From positions 128,278,001-128,342,000 of the forward strand of contig NC_043000.1 in NCBI RefSeq assembly GCF_006345805.1: DNA of 64,000 bases, read 5' to 3'. Source of the DNA: Octopus sinensis (taxonomy: Eukaryota). Shown piece by piece: positions 23,906 through 36,419 of the stretch. Both the position numbers and the translations under genes were made by a program. The notes beneath the pieces are model-generated. The model did no database searches. It was not told the origin of the DNA and saw only the letters and a list, made by a program, of their open reading frames with translations. How positions within the stretch are numbered: position 1 is the stretch's first letter; each line of letters opens with the position of its first letter.

Positions 23906-24859
23906 TGGCAAATCCGTTAACACATCAAACAAAATGCTTAGCGGCATTTCGCCCGTCTTTAGTTCTGAGTTCACATTCAGCTGAGGTCAGCTTTTCAATT
24001 CATCTTTTGGGAATTGATAAAATTTGTACCAGTTGAACACTTGGGTAGATGTAATCGACTTGAACTTGCTGGCCTTATGCCAAAATTTGAAACCATTTAT
24101 ATTATTATTATTGCTGTTGTTGCTATATAATTGTGATGGTGGGATACTTGCGACTCTTAAATTTCAAATTTGGATTATCTAATATATCAAATTTCTCTAA
24201 ATTATCTCCCTTATATACAGTTTTTTTTCTCTCGTCCGAGTTATGTCCCTTGTTTGTTTCTTTTTTTTTTTTTTTTCTTTCTCTGGAAATGGCCCAAACT
24301 ATATAAACTTTCCCCTGAAGACATAGACATTGAAAGGAATAGAATAACCTATTCAAAATTACAGAGTGAAATCTTCCGAGAAAGTGCACAGGATCGAGAA
24401 AAATAAAATTATCAAACATTCATAAATAAATATTAAATTAAAAAGCTAATAAGCTATTTGCGATTTACATTCTAATAAGGAAAAAGAAAAGAAAAAAACA
24501 AACACTGTAAACAAATAACATATTTATATTTTGTTTGTTTCAATTAAAAGTAAAAATAAATATCACGTATATTTAGGAAACTATAGTGTTGCAAAATGCT
24601 CATAAATGCATAAGGTTTTAAGATTTAAGAAAAAGAAATACAGAGAGGATGGGTGGTTATATATGCGTAGAAAATTTGATTAAACCAACAAAACGCTCTT
24701 GCAGAATAACAGGAAGTTGAAGAAAGAAGAGAAGTTCCTTTCAACAAACGTGTTTGTCCACGATTCTTGAGTGCAACTATAAATGAAATAAGCTTACACA
24801 GCATTATACATCTGTGGAAAAATAAAACGCAAAAAGAAAAAATAGTAACAAAATATTTA

Positions 24860-24883
24860 AACTTATCAGTTCATATAATATAC

Positions 24884-24930
<47 letters not shown>

Positions 24931-24946
24931 TATATATACACACACA

Positions 24947-24990
<44 letters not shown>

Positions 24991-25094
24991 TAGATAGATA
25001 GAGAGAGAGAGAGAGGGAGAGAGAGAGAGGGAGAGAGAGAGAGGAGAGAGAGACAGAAACAGAGGAGAAAGAGAATAGAGAGATAGAAAGTGAG

Positions 25095-25125
<31 letters not shown>

Positions 25126-25145
25126 GAAAGAGAAAGAGAGAAGAA

Positions 25146-25212
<67 letters not shown>

Positions 25213-25270
25213 CTAGTCCACCAGCCAGCTAGCCAGCCAGCCAACCAGTCAGCCGGCCAGCTACACAAAC
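24860..25270. repeat. Compound TA/GA/GAAA/CCAG microsatellite
   Basis: Directly visible. Confidence 0.95.
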
Positions 25271-25454
25271 AGACAGAGAGTTGGGGGGAAGACACCTAAC
25301 AATACCTTTTATTCACAGATTACCTAACCCTGAAATATTGAAATACCAGATAAAAACCATCGACCTATATTATTTTTATAAGCTGCATTGTTTTGGCTTT
25401 AAAAATATAATTCTCAACATCTATCTATCTATCTATCTGTATATATCTGTGTGT

Positions 25455-25598
25455 AATAGGAAGCTTGCTTGCCAACCACATGTTTCCGGGTTCAGTCCCA
25501 CTGCGTGGCACCCTGGGCAAATGTATTCTACTATAGACTCGGGACGACCAAAGCCTTGTGAATCGATTTGGTTGATGGAAACTGAAAGAAGCCCGTCG

Positions 25599-25650
<52 letters not shown>

Positions 25651-25972
25651 TAATACATGTGGTGGTGTGTGTGTGTGTGTGTTGTGAGTGTGGTGGTGTG
25701 TATATGTGTGTGTGTGTGAGTGTGCGTGTGTGTGCGTATATCTATGTGTGCGTGTCTTTGTGTCTGTGTTTTCCTACACCCCCATCACTGCTTGACAACC
25801 GGTACTGGTGTGTTTACGTCCCCGTAACTTGGTGGTTCAGCAAAAAAGGCCGATAGAATAAGTACTAGGCTTACAAAGAATAAGCCCAAAGGTCGATTTC
25901 TTCGACTAAAAACCCCTTTAAGGTGCTGTTTCAGCATGGCCGCAGTCAAATGACTGAAACAAGTAAAAGAAT
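25455..25972 (+). mobile_element. SINE family B with internal TA/TG microsatellite
   Basis: ccgggttcagtcccactgcgtggcaccctgggcaa...gaaagaagcccgtcg, then a microsatellite, then the 3' module ending gactgaaacaagtaaaagaata. Confidence 0.9.
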
Positions 25973-26014
25973 ATGTGTGTGTGTGTGTGTGTGTGTGTTT
26001 GTGTTGTGTGTGTG

Positions 26015-26072
<58 letters not shown>

Positions 26073-27051
26073 GTGAGTACATACATATATCTATAAGCAT
26101 GTAGGTATATGTGTGAATATGGTTACATGGATGGATGGAAGGCAGGAAGGATGTACAATTTTCACATTACTTGAGCTTTACAAACTCCTGCACTAAACGA
26201 TATTGGTGGTCATTCATGGACTGAACGTTGGAATTGTGTGTGTGTGTGTGTGTGTGTGCGCGCAACACAGGTTGGTCAAGGCTAAAATGCTTTTGGTCAT
26301 ATGTCTTCTACGTCAGAGAGAGTTACTCTGAGACTGATCAACAGCAAGGTTATTCAAACGAATCCATCATCTTTCTACATTTTGTCGCTATTTCTGGTAG
26401 GTCAGGCAACGTGGTTGCAAGAAATAGCTACTCAAAACGATCCCTTGCCGTCTTGGAACCAATGAAAAGACTAAATGGTTTTGACTGGGTAGTCTTTGAT
26501 CATATGTCAGGCTTTATCTACGGCTAAATAACAGCAACAACACTCAAATTGTATCATCGACGCTCTCTCTCTCTCTCTCTCTAATCTAATATATAGATAT
26601 ATATATATATAATATATATCTATATATATATATATATATATATAAATACAATAAGAGGCTTCCAAATAGGAAAGCCTTGCGCTAGAAAGAGCAGTAGAAA
26701 ACTCAAACCACCAAATAAGGATAAATTCTCGAAAGGAATGAAAATAAAAAACGTTTACCATCTCAATTATTTCCCAGACCATGGTTTCTAACTATTTCCA
26801 GCAAAAAAAATATTCGCTGAAGGCCAATATATAATAAATAACAATAGGGCAATAAGAAATTATTATTACCAGTGGCCTAGCACAAAAACGAATTAGTCAT
26901 TAGACTATATATTATTCACATAGAAATGCAATAAGAGGCTTCCAAATAGGAAAGCCTTGTGCTAGAAAGAGCAGTAGAAAACTCAAACCACCAAACAAGG
27001 ATAAATTCTCGAAAGGAATGAAAGTTAAAAACGTTTACCATCTCAATTATT

Positions 27052-27120
27052 TCCCAGACCATGGTTTCTAACTATTTCCAGCAAAAAAATATTCGCTGAA
27101 GGCCAGTTTCATCAGTGGGA
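27052..27120 (-). ncRNA. Type I hammerhead ribozyme motif (left arm)
   Basis: Reverse complement of the right-arm motif. Confidence 0.7.
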
Positions 27121-27271
27121 CAGCCTTTAAATTTCAAATATACACACAGCCAGATCCTCTCTGTCGCCGGGTATAATCTGCGTCAGCGCAGTGGTCTGAA
27201 AAGTTAGGATATACAGGCAGTTAGTTTTAGATGTGGATCTGGCTTTGTGTATATTTGAAATCCAAAGGCTG

Positions 27272-27340
27272 TCCCACTGATGAAACTGGCCTTCAGCGAA
27301 TATTTTTTTGCTGGAAATAGTTAGAAACCATGGTCTGGGA
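27272..27340 (+). ncRNA. Type I hammerhead ribozyme motif (right arm)
   Basis: Stem I UCCCA(27272-76)/UGGGA(27336-40); CUGAUGA 27277-83; stem II AACU/AGUU with inner CAGCGAA/UUUGCUG; GAAA 27324-27; palindromic stem III ACCAUGGU; GUC triplet 27333-35. One extra A precedes GAAA. Confidence 0.72.
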
Positions 27341-27555
27341 AATAATTGAGATGGTAAACGTTTTTAACTTTCATTCCTTTCGAGAATTTATCCTTGTTTG
27401 GTGGTTTGAGTTTTCTACTGCTCTTTCTAGCACAAGGCTTTCCTATTTGGAAGCCTCTTATTGCATTTCTATGTGAATAATATATAGTCTAATGACTAAT
27501 TCGTTTTTGTGCTAGGCCACTGGTAATAATAATTTCTTATTGCCCTATTGTTATT

Positions 27556-27625
<70 letters not shown>

Positions 27626-27626
27626 T

Positions 27627-28320
27627 ACTCTCTTTTACTTGTTTCAGTCATTTGACTGCGGCCATGCCGGAGCACTGCCTTTAGTCGAGCAAACCGACTC
27701 CAGAGTTTATTCTGTGTAAGCCTAGTACTTATTCCTTCGGTCTCTTTTGCTAAGTTAAGGGGGCGTAAACACATCAGTTTCGGTTGTCAAGCGATACTGG
27801 GGGGGGGGGGACAAACACGGACACACAAACATATACACATATATATATATACATATACGACGGGCTTCTTCCAGTTTCCGTCTACCAAATCCGCTCACAA
27901 GGTTTTGGTCGGCCTGAGGCTATAGTAGAAGACACTTGCCCACGATGCCACGCAGTGGGACTGAACCTGGAACCATGTCGTTGGCAAGCAAGCTACTTAC
28001 CACTCAGCCACTAACTTGTTGGAGTCCCACCTTCAAGGATTTACTTGACCAAATCACAGGAACTTATTTTTTGGCAAAACCTGGTACTTATTTTGTCTGT
28101 GTCTTTTTGCAGAACCGCTTGATTACGGTGACGTAAACAAACCAACACCAATTGTCAAGAGGGTGGGGGGACAAACACGAACAAATACACACCGACATAC
28201 ACTCATACGATGGGCTTTTCAATTTCCATCTACCAAAGCGACTCAGGTTTCGGTTAGCTTGCAGCTATACTACAAGACACTTAGTCAAGTCGCCACGCAG
28301 TTGGACTGAATCCAGGACAT
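27627..28320 (-). mobile_element. Two adjacent SINE family B copies (27627-28012 and degenerate 28030-28320)
   Basis: Both show the 3' module, a short microsatellite and the head. Confidence 0.8.
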
Positions 28321-28516
28321 ACATACACACACACGCCCGCACATATATATATATATATATATCTTTACAAAGACAAATATTCACATACAGAGTATATAAG
28401 TGCGTGTGTATGTGTGTATATGTGTATGTGTGTATATGTGTATGTGTGTGTATATGTGTCAGTATGTGTGTGCGTGTGTGTGTATGCGTGTGTGTGTGCG
28501 TGTGTGTGTATGCGTG

Positions 28517-28578
<62 letters not shown>

Positions 28579-28783
28579 GTGTGTGTGTAATTTAAAATTG
28601 ATTGTATGATTGACACGAGGGTGAAGTGTTCACAGAGTAGTCGGAGCGTCGGTCAAAATAGCAGTATTTAGTTACAATAGTACAAATCCTGGTCTGGTTA
28701 AACTTGCCTTTCTTTCTCAGGAGTGAGGTCAATAAAATAATGAATCAACCACATATTACAGACGATTTAATATGCATATAAAA

Positions 28784-29150
28784 CAGGGTTTGGCAAAATT
28801 CTTATATCATTGAACACCTCATGGAATTGTTGATAACTTATTGACCCTGCCGTGTAAATTTTTAAATTCAAGTATAATTAACAATGTATAATCAATACAA
28901 ATATTTCATGATTTAAAAACAATAATTCCTTCGTTGTTTTGTTTCATTACCGTTTTTTAATGAGAAATATTTCATCGATACTTGGCTAGAAATTAATGAA
29001 TTTTTAACCTTAAATTACTTCATTCTTTCAGATTCAGTTCTCTAAAAATTCAGTACCCTTAATACACAAAATCACAACAAGTGCTTATGAACCTCTTGGA
29101 TATCTCCATAGACCCGCAGAGGTTAATAGTGACCGCTTTGCCGACCCCTG
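28784..29150. mobile_element. hAT-type MITE
   Basis: TIRs cagggtttggcaaa / tttgccgacccctg (12/14 match); 8-bp flanks atataaaa and ctataaat (6/8 match). Confidence 0.7.
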
Positions 29151-29482
29151 CTATAAATCATCCAAACCAACAGTAGGAGATATCGAAGTAAACAGGGCTG
29201 TCATATACAGGAGCTTGACTCAACAGGAAGAGCTTATATCCAACGAGGTATGTTACCTTAATGTCATCTCAAAGAATTCTTTATGCAGATCTTGTACTCG
29301 CAACTACGTGAAGGTGCGAAGGAAATGTAGTGGAACTCACCTGCGCTATAAAAATTAACATAAAGTTAAACCTGAAATATTGAAATATATCTGCTGTAAA
29401 TTTCAGTGTCATACACAGCCATATTTCATAGGAAGGATGTTTGGAGGGTAGTGTTTAAATGACTATGAAAGATAAACAGCTA

Positions 29483-29538
<56 letters not shown>

Positions 29539-29539
29539 C

Positions 29540-29595
<56 letters not shown>

Positions 29596-30162
29596 GGTGG
29601 TGGAGTGGGGGAAAGAGATGTGAATGGAATTATAATGGAGGACTATAGCGACTTCCGTTTGACATCCTATTCCAGTCTCTTGCAGAACTGTGTCATAAAG
29701 TTAAAATAGTAAATTGATGTTGTTATTTTCCCTTCTATTGTTACGTGTAACACCCTATTGCGATGCTGTGCAGATCATCAGGTTTTCTGTAAATAATAGC
29801 TGTCCATAGAAAATAAATTGGCTTTAACAAATAATCATAAGCCAGGTAATAGTTTCAGCTCAAGAAGTTATTCACTGTTCTACACTGTTCCCTTATGATA
29901 TAATTCCGATGCGATCGCTCGACCTGTTACAATTAACGGCCAGATTATTCCTCAAATCATATCGCACCGCCTTAAAAAGGAAGGACACATTAAACAGTAT
30001 AGATCTACATATACAAACCAAAGGCGTAACCAAGTTCTAAAGTTAGGGAGAGTGAACACATAAAAAAATTATGTCGTGACTCATACCAAACAAATTTTAA
30101 TTAATTTCCCTTATATTACGTGAAATTTTTCATTAGTTATAGTATACGTAATTGTATTTTAA

Positions 30163-30545
30163 GTGGAGGCGCAATGGCCCAGTGGTTAGGGCAGCGGACT
30201 CGCGGTCGCAGGATCGCGGTTTCGATTCCCAGACCGGGTGTTGTGAGTGTTTATTGAGCGAAAACACCTAAAGCTCCACGAGGCTTCGGCAGGAGGTGGT
30301 GGTGATCCCTGCTGTACTCTTTCACCACAACTTTCTCTCACTCTTACTTCTTGTTTCTGTTGTACCTGTATTTCAAAGGGCCGGTCTTATCACTCTCTGT
30401 GTCACGCTGAATATCCCCGAGAACTACGTTAAGGGTACACGTGTCTGTGGAGTGCTCAGCCACTTGCACGTTAATTTCACGAGCAGGCTGTTCCGTCGAT
30501 CGGATCAACCGGAACCCTCGTCGTCGTAACCGATGGAGTGCTTCC
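30163..30545 (+). mobile_element. Full-length SINE family C with 12-bp TSD
   Basis: Colinear with 6579-6961; flanks aattgtatttta (30150) and aattgtattcta (30546). Confidence 0.92.
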
Positions 30546-31014
30546 AATTGTATTCTACATTCATTAATTTCGTGTTTCAGTAACTATGTCATTTTGCATG
30601 AAACTCACTTACAACCACTAATGTTGGTGACTAAAGGGTTAAAGAATTTGTTCAAAAGGTGCCAATTTTGAAAAATGTGCTCAGTGAGAGCGGTCACTCG
30701 CCTTGCTCCCCTATTTGTAACGCCACTGATACAAACCGATCTCTGGAACGCCTTTGATTATAAGTTTGCTCGATCACATCTGAATTTATGCTAAATATCA
30801 ATAAATCTATTTGGTGTGGTGAGTGTAGTAGAACAATGAGACAGAACCAGCAAACAAAACACTCATACGTCCTCTGTTCTTATAGTTACAATTCTATATT
30901 TTAACCTTCTCTAAATTGTCTAGCAAAAACGAAATCAATGTTACAAGGTTAAAAATGTTCGGAAATGTGTCCACAACATTATACTGGGAGTGGTTGAATA
31001 GGTTTAAGCAATTT

Positions 31015-31525
31015 GTATCTTTTATCTTTTATCTTTTACTTCTTTCACTCATTGGACTGCAGCCATGTTGAAGCACCACCTTGAAGGAGTGTAGAGCACC
31101 TGAGCATTATACGCAATAACTTCATTATTATTATTAAATCGACCCCGGTATTCATTTTTAAGTCCGCTCCTTATTCGATTAGTATCTTTTACCGAACTGC
31201 TAAGTTATGGGGGACGCAAACAAACCAACACGGGTTGTCAAGTGGTTGCGGGTTGGGGGATAAACACAGACACACAGACAAGCAGACAAACAGACAGACA
31301 GACAGACACACACACACACACCACACACACACACACACATGTATACGTGTATATGTATAAATATATACTATACACATGCGATGGGTTACCACAAAGTTTC
31401 TGTCTACTAAATTCACTCACAAGGTATTGGTCAAGTAGAAGACACTTACTCAAGGTGCCGTATAGTAGGACTGAACCCGAATACTCGTGATTGAAAAGAG
31501 AACTTCTTAACCACGCAGCCATCGT
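31015..31525 (-). mobile_element. Diverged SINE family B with internal CAGA/CA repeat
   Basis: 3' module, microsatellite and head are recognisable. Confidence 0.75.
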
Positions 31526-31714
31526 GAATTTTTAAAAGCAGTTGTCTTTAACTCTTAGTACATTCTAATAATAACCATTCACCCGTGAAATAATAACATC
31601 TATTATGTTAGCGAAACAGATTATGATGTACCATATATCAACTAGAATTATTATAACTAGAATATTGCTGTCCACATAACGATTTTAATATCTGCAGGGC
31701 TTGTAAAGCGGAGA

Positions 31715-31905
31715 ACAGGCAGAATCGTTAACACGCCGGGCAAAAAGCTTAGTAGCATTTCGTCCGTCTCTATGCTCTGAGGTCGATTTTGCCTTTCATT
31801 CTTTCGAGGTCGATAAGATAAGTACCAGTTGAGCACTGGGATCGCTGTAATCGAATCACACCCCTCTCCCCAAATTGCTGGCCTGGTGCCAATATTCGAA
31901 ACTGA
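31715..31905 (+). mobile_element. Diverged SINE family A (tail 2)
   Basis: ggcagaatcgttaacacgccgggc...gaggtcgattttgcctttcattctttcgaggtcgataa. Confidence 0.8.
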
Positions 31906-32007
31906 TATCTGCACAGCTTAACTTGTTCAACCAGTGAAAACTTCACTCATTTTTAGATATTCATTGAGGACAAAAGAAGACCAACACCTTTGTCTCATGT
32001 TCTAGAA

Positions 32008-32590
32008 CAGCATAGGCAACCTTTCTAGAGAACCGGCTCATCATCAGGAGGGCCACACTATTAAAAAAAATCACGGTAATTTTTCGTTAGACGTGCCATT
32101 CAGAAACTGTGACTCGTGCAGTTTGCTGATGGCTGTCCTAGAACAAGCAGAAACGAGAAGCAATGAGGCGGTGATCATTTGGCATTAGCTGCGCTGCATG
32201 AGGATGAAAGATGGACAACAGAAAACCATTTTTTGATCCTGAACTGGTACCGGGAAAACCGTTACTAATTCAGAGACATTCTGGAGCGGAATCTTACACT
32301 CTGCGGCATCCAACAAATAGAGTTTGAAGCTGTCGTGGAGGATAGAAAATAATGAAAAAATCGCAGCTGTCTTGGTTCTTTGAGCGGAACAGAAATGACG
32401 AGAAGTACCAAAGATGGCAAATGAGAAAGATTAGGCTCACCATCTTTCGGTGCCCTGCCACAGACACCACACGATTCCGTGTAAAGAATATCACCAAATA
32501 TTGCAAACAATTCTCGATCTCCGTTGCCATCTGAAGGCGAAATAAAAGAAATTGGAATAGTGGGCGGCATCTTTTCGGATCGAGAAGAAT
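32008..32590 (+). mobile_element. Possible 5' remnant of a hAT (SPIN/Charlie-like) transposon
   Basis: Starts ttctagaa|cagcataggcaacctt (hAT-like end and target). One frame reads RISPNIANNSRSPLPSEGEIKEI, resembling the SPIN/GTF2IRD2-type motif (Y/R)xIAKxxKPFSxGExIKE. Confidence 0.4.
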
Positions 32591-32693
32591 CATGATACGT
32601 ACATATATACATACAACTATGCATACATACATACACATGCCACATACATACATTACATGCACTCGCACGCACGCACACACTCACACGCGCGCA

Positions 32694-32724
<31 letters not shown>

Positions 32725-33292
32725 CACACACACACACACACACGAGTTTATTGTTTAGCTGCAGATTAGCTTAATCAAAGCCGTCAAAATAATATATTCT
32801 AACTGCAACCATCAATTTCTTTCTCTTTTTAATAAAGTACATTAAAGATCACCTTATCAAAATATACTTTTTCTGTTGTTTTTTCTTTAAAACAGTAGGG
32901 TATGATTTAAAGGAAAATTAGCTGCTATTTTTAACAGGTCGAACGATTACATGGCGTTCTCGTCGTCTGTAAGATTATTGGATAAAGTAAGTACTGGGCT
33001 CTCGGTACTCTTATGCAGTGATGATCTATCAGTTATTTCTTTATATCGAATCACTACTATTAATATTAACGATATTCGATATCACCACAGCATCCGATTT
33101 CGCTTTAACGTCAACTTTTTCATGCTTGCATGAGTCAGACGTCTGGCTACTCTTCCTAACGTCAAGCTTCTCTTGTTTTCAAGTAAGGTAATATTTTCTT
33201 GAAACTGGGCATGCTTTCATTGATGATTGGAAGCGCATATGGCGGTAACACTCGTTTACAGCTATCACGTGATGCCCAGAATACATACATAT

Positions 33293-33335
<43 letters not shown>

Positions 33336-33367
33336 TATATGTGTATGTATATATATATGTATATATA

Positions 33368-34995
33368 CAGTTGCGGCCAAAATGTTCAGAACGGCATGGT
33401 TTTCGTCAGAAAAGTAGGTATAACTTTTTATCAAAGTTGTTTTATATTCTATAATTTTCACAGACAATAAATACGATATTATTTGTTATTGCCTGAAATT
33501 TTGGTGTAATTTGAGAGGATAATACAAAAGTTATGGATGATTTAGTGATTTACTGCAAAACCCATGGCGGCCAAAATGATCAGAGCGGTTGAAAAAATAA
33601 CAAAATAATCAAAAATGACAGAGAATACTGGAATTATTCAATATTTAGTGTGAAGCCCTTTAGCTTCAATCACACTCTAACATCTTCGACTGCATGAGGA
33701 AATTAAATTTTCAATTTCTTGCTGGGTGATCTTATTCCATTCTTCCTGAAGGGCATTCCATAATTGCTCAGTTGTTTTAGGATTTCTGGCTTTCGAACGT
33801 TCTCCTAGAATATTCCACACATTTTCAAAAGGATTGAGATCTGGGCTTTGAGCTGGCCAATCCATAACAATAACCTTTTCAGCCTTGAGGAAGTTCATGA
33901 CCACCTTAGCCTTGTGACATGGGGCATTGTCCTGCATGAATACAGGTGGTCGCTTAATTGAATTTCTCAGCACAGGCAAGACATGATCTTTTACAAGTTG
34001 TTTATAAACTCCTGCATTTAACTTTCCATGTAATCGCACCAAAGAGGCCACATCATCTCCAGATATCATTCCCCAAACCATGACACTTCCTCCACCGAAT
34101 TTAACACTAGTCTTAAGGCATTTAGGCAGCAATCTTTCACCTACTTTTCTACGAACGTACCTTTTCCCATCTGAGCCAAATAGCATAAACTTAGATTCAT
34201 CACTGAAATCACCGTTTGCCATTTTTCTTGAGACCACAACACATGTTCGGTTGCAAAGGTAAGACGACACTTTTTATTCTTGGAGCTGATCAGTGGCTTC
34301 ACTGCAGGTGCTCTTGCTTGTAGGTCATGTTCAACTAAACGACGAGACAAAGTTTTTCGAGATAAAGTTTTCTTCAATACAATGCTCATTTTCCGAGAAA
34401 CAGCAGCAGCTGTTTTAAATCTGTCCTTTTTAACCAACTTTACCATAGCACGATCTTCTCTCTTGGTCGTTTTTCTTGGCCTACCTGTAAACTTTCTTGC
34501 TTCACACGAACCACAATCATCGTAGACCTTAAGAATACCGTGTACAACACTTTTTGACTTGTTAACAATCTTTGCAATAGATCCAATACTTAAATTATCC
34601 TTCCTTCGAAGCTTAATAATCTGCTGACGAATTGGTAACGGAGTAAGTGGCATTATATTAACAAAGTACACTGCAAATATTCTTACTAATGTTTAGTAAA
34701 CGAACCGTCACGTAGACAAATTCAAAACATTAGAGTTCGCCGGTTAAATATACTAAAACACAGAGTAAAAGCAACCGTTCTGATCATTTTGGCCGCCATG
34801 GGTTTTGCAGTAAATCATTAAATCATCCATAACTTTTTTATTATCCTCTCAAATTACACCAAAATCTCAGGCAATAACAAATAATATCGTATTTATTGTC
34901 TGTGAAAATTATAGAATATAAAACAACTTTGATAAAAAATTATATCTACTTTTCTGACGAAAACAATGCCGTTCTGAACATTTTGGCCGCAACTG
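33368..34995 (-). mobile_element. Near-complete Tc1 transposon (1628 bp), IR/DR type
   Basis: TA on both sides; 224-bp TIRs 33368-33591 and 34772-34995, each with outer and inner direct repeats (ggccaaaatgttcagaacgg / ggccaaaatgatcagagcgg). Confidence 0.97.
33638..34653 (-). pseudogene. DD34E Tc1 transposase with one frameshift and one late stop
   Basis: HTH region with GRPRK; FSDES, MQDNAPCH and SPDLNPFEN, with 34 residues between the second D and E. Apparent 1-bp loss at ~34208 (TVHFSDE). An in-frame TAG at 33677-33679 precedes SVIEAKGLHTKY*. Confidence 0.95.
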
Positions 34996-35117
34996 TATTT
35001 ATATATATATCACACATATACATATACATACATACATACATACATACATACATACATACATACATACATGCATACATACATACATGCATACATACATACA
35101 TACATACATACATACGT

Positions 35118-35162
<45 letters not shown>

Positions 35163-35220
35163 AATCACACACATATATATACACGTATACATGATGATGA
35201 TGAGCTTCTTTCAGTTTCTT

Positions 35221-35446
35221 CTTTCTTTATTGCCCACAAGGGGTTAAACATAGAGGGGACAAACAAGGACAAAGGGATTAAGTCGACCGCATCGACCCCA
35301 TTGCGTAACTGGTACTCAATTTATCGACCCCGAAAGGATGAAAGGCAAAGTCGACCTCGGCGGAATTTGAACTCAGCACGTAACGACAGACGAAATACCG
35401 CTAAGCATTTCGCCCGGCGCGCTAACGTGTCTGCCAGTTCGCCGCC
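35221..35446 (-). mobile_element. SINE family A monomer nested in a SINE family B head (35200-35592)
   Basis: ttcagtttctt occurs at 35210-35220 and 35447-35457; the family B sequence resumes at cttctttcagtttctgcctaccaaa. Confidence 0.85.
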
Positions 35447-36307
35447 TTCAGTTTCTTTCAGCTTCTTTCAGTTTCTGCCTACCAAATACACTCATACGGT
35501 TTTGGTGGGCCCAGAGTGTCATGCAGTGAGACTGAACCCGAAATAATGCGGTTGCAAAGAGAAAAAAAAACCTACTTACCACGCAGACATGCCTGATAAA
35601 TACCTGTTACGAAAGAAACACTTCTCTAGCCATAGCAGAAAGCTAACTGGAATGTTCTATTAAATTTGCCACAGGTTTGCAATTAAGTCAATACACTTAA
35701 CAATCGAGAAACACAATACAACTAGAACAATCTCATACTAATGTCAAAGATTTTCTGTGCATTCAACACCTTAACGAACGTTATTAAAAATGCCCAACCC
35801 TCACTATAAAACCACTCAAATGACCTGCATAACAACACAGAAGGAACAGACTGTTAAAAACATAATAAAGGGTGCAGTAAGCAAAAAAACTTCCCACATT
35901 TTATAGGTTGATAAACACTGCCATAGTAAATGCATGATAGATACCAGCTCAAGCTATGACTAAAAAAGACGGTGAAACATTAGCTTCATGAAGACATCAA
36001 TACCACCTGCCTAACTTCCCTAGCTTAACAACAATGACCGTGTAAAATATGGGAGGTTTTTCTGCCGCCCCTTGTATCTTCATTAGACACTTCAAAGTCA
36101 AACAGTACAGATAATATATTCCGCATTAGCAAAAACTGGAACAAGTTCTATGAGTCAACATCACTATTATTGTGTAAACGAGCTATGTTTTAATATAGTG
36201 GGTATGTGTGTGTGCGCGTGTGTGTGCGTGCGTAAATATGTGAGTGCGTGTATTTATATATACACGCATACATACAGATATACATACATACACATACACA
36301 CACACAC

Positions 36308-36345
<38 letters not shown>

Positions 36346-36363
36346 GCACACACACGCACACAC

Positions 36364-36419
<56 letters not shown>

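Larger units (their letters stand above)
26649..27565. mobile_element. Foldback element, probably Penelope-like pseudo-LTRs (partial tandem plus inverted copies)
   Basis: Arms 26827-27157 and 27235-27565 are reverse complements with only a few mismatches, around a 77-bp spacer. 26649-26826 is a direct partial copy of 26929-27105. Both outer ends abut (TA)n, and each arm contains a hammerhead motif. Confidence 0.8.

Noticed and set aside
26280-26561. Minus-strand VDDTI resembling the Penelope RT motif YVDD, next to the foldback
   Set aside because: It is followed by a stop and no other RT motifs could be aligned; it may be chance.
34896-35546. 216-aa ORF starting MSVKIIEYKTTLIK, with a similar start at 33162-33467
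   Set aside because: It reads out of the Tc1 TIR into a microsatellite and a SINE; not a gene.
35600-36170. Possible CR1/L2 3' remnant
   Set aside because: Only a faint similarity (FRISKNWNKF); no RT motif.
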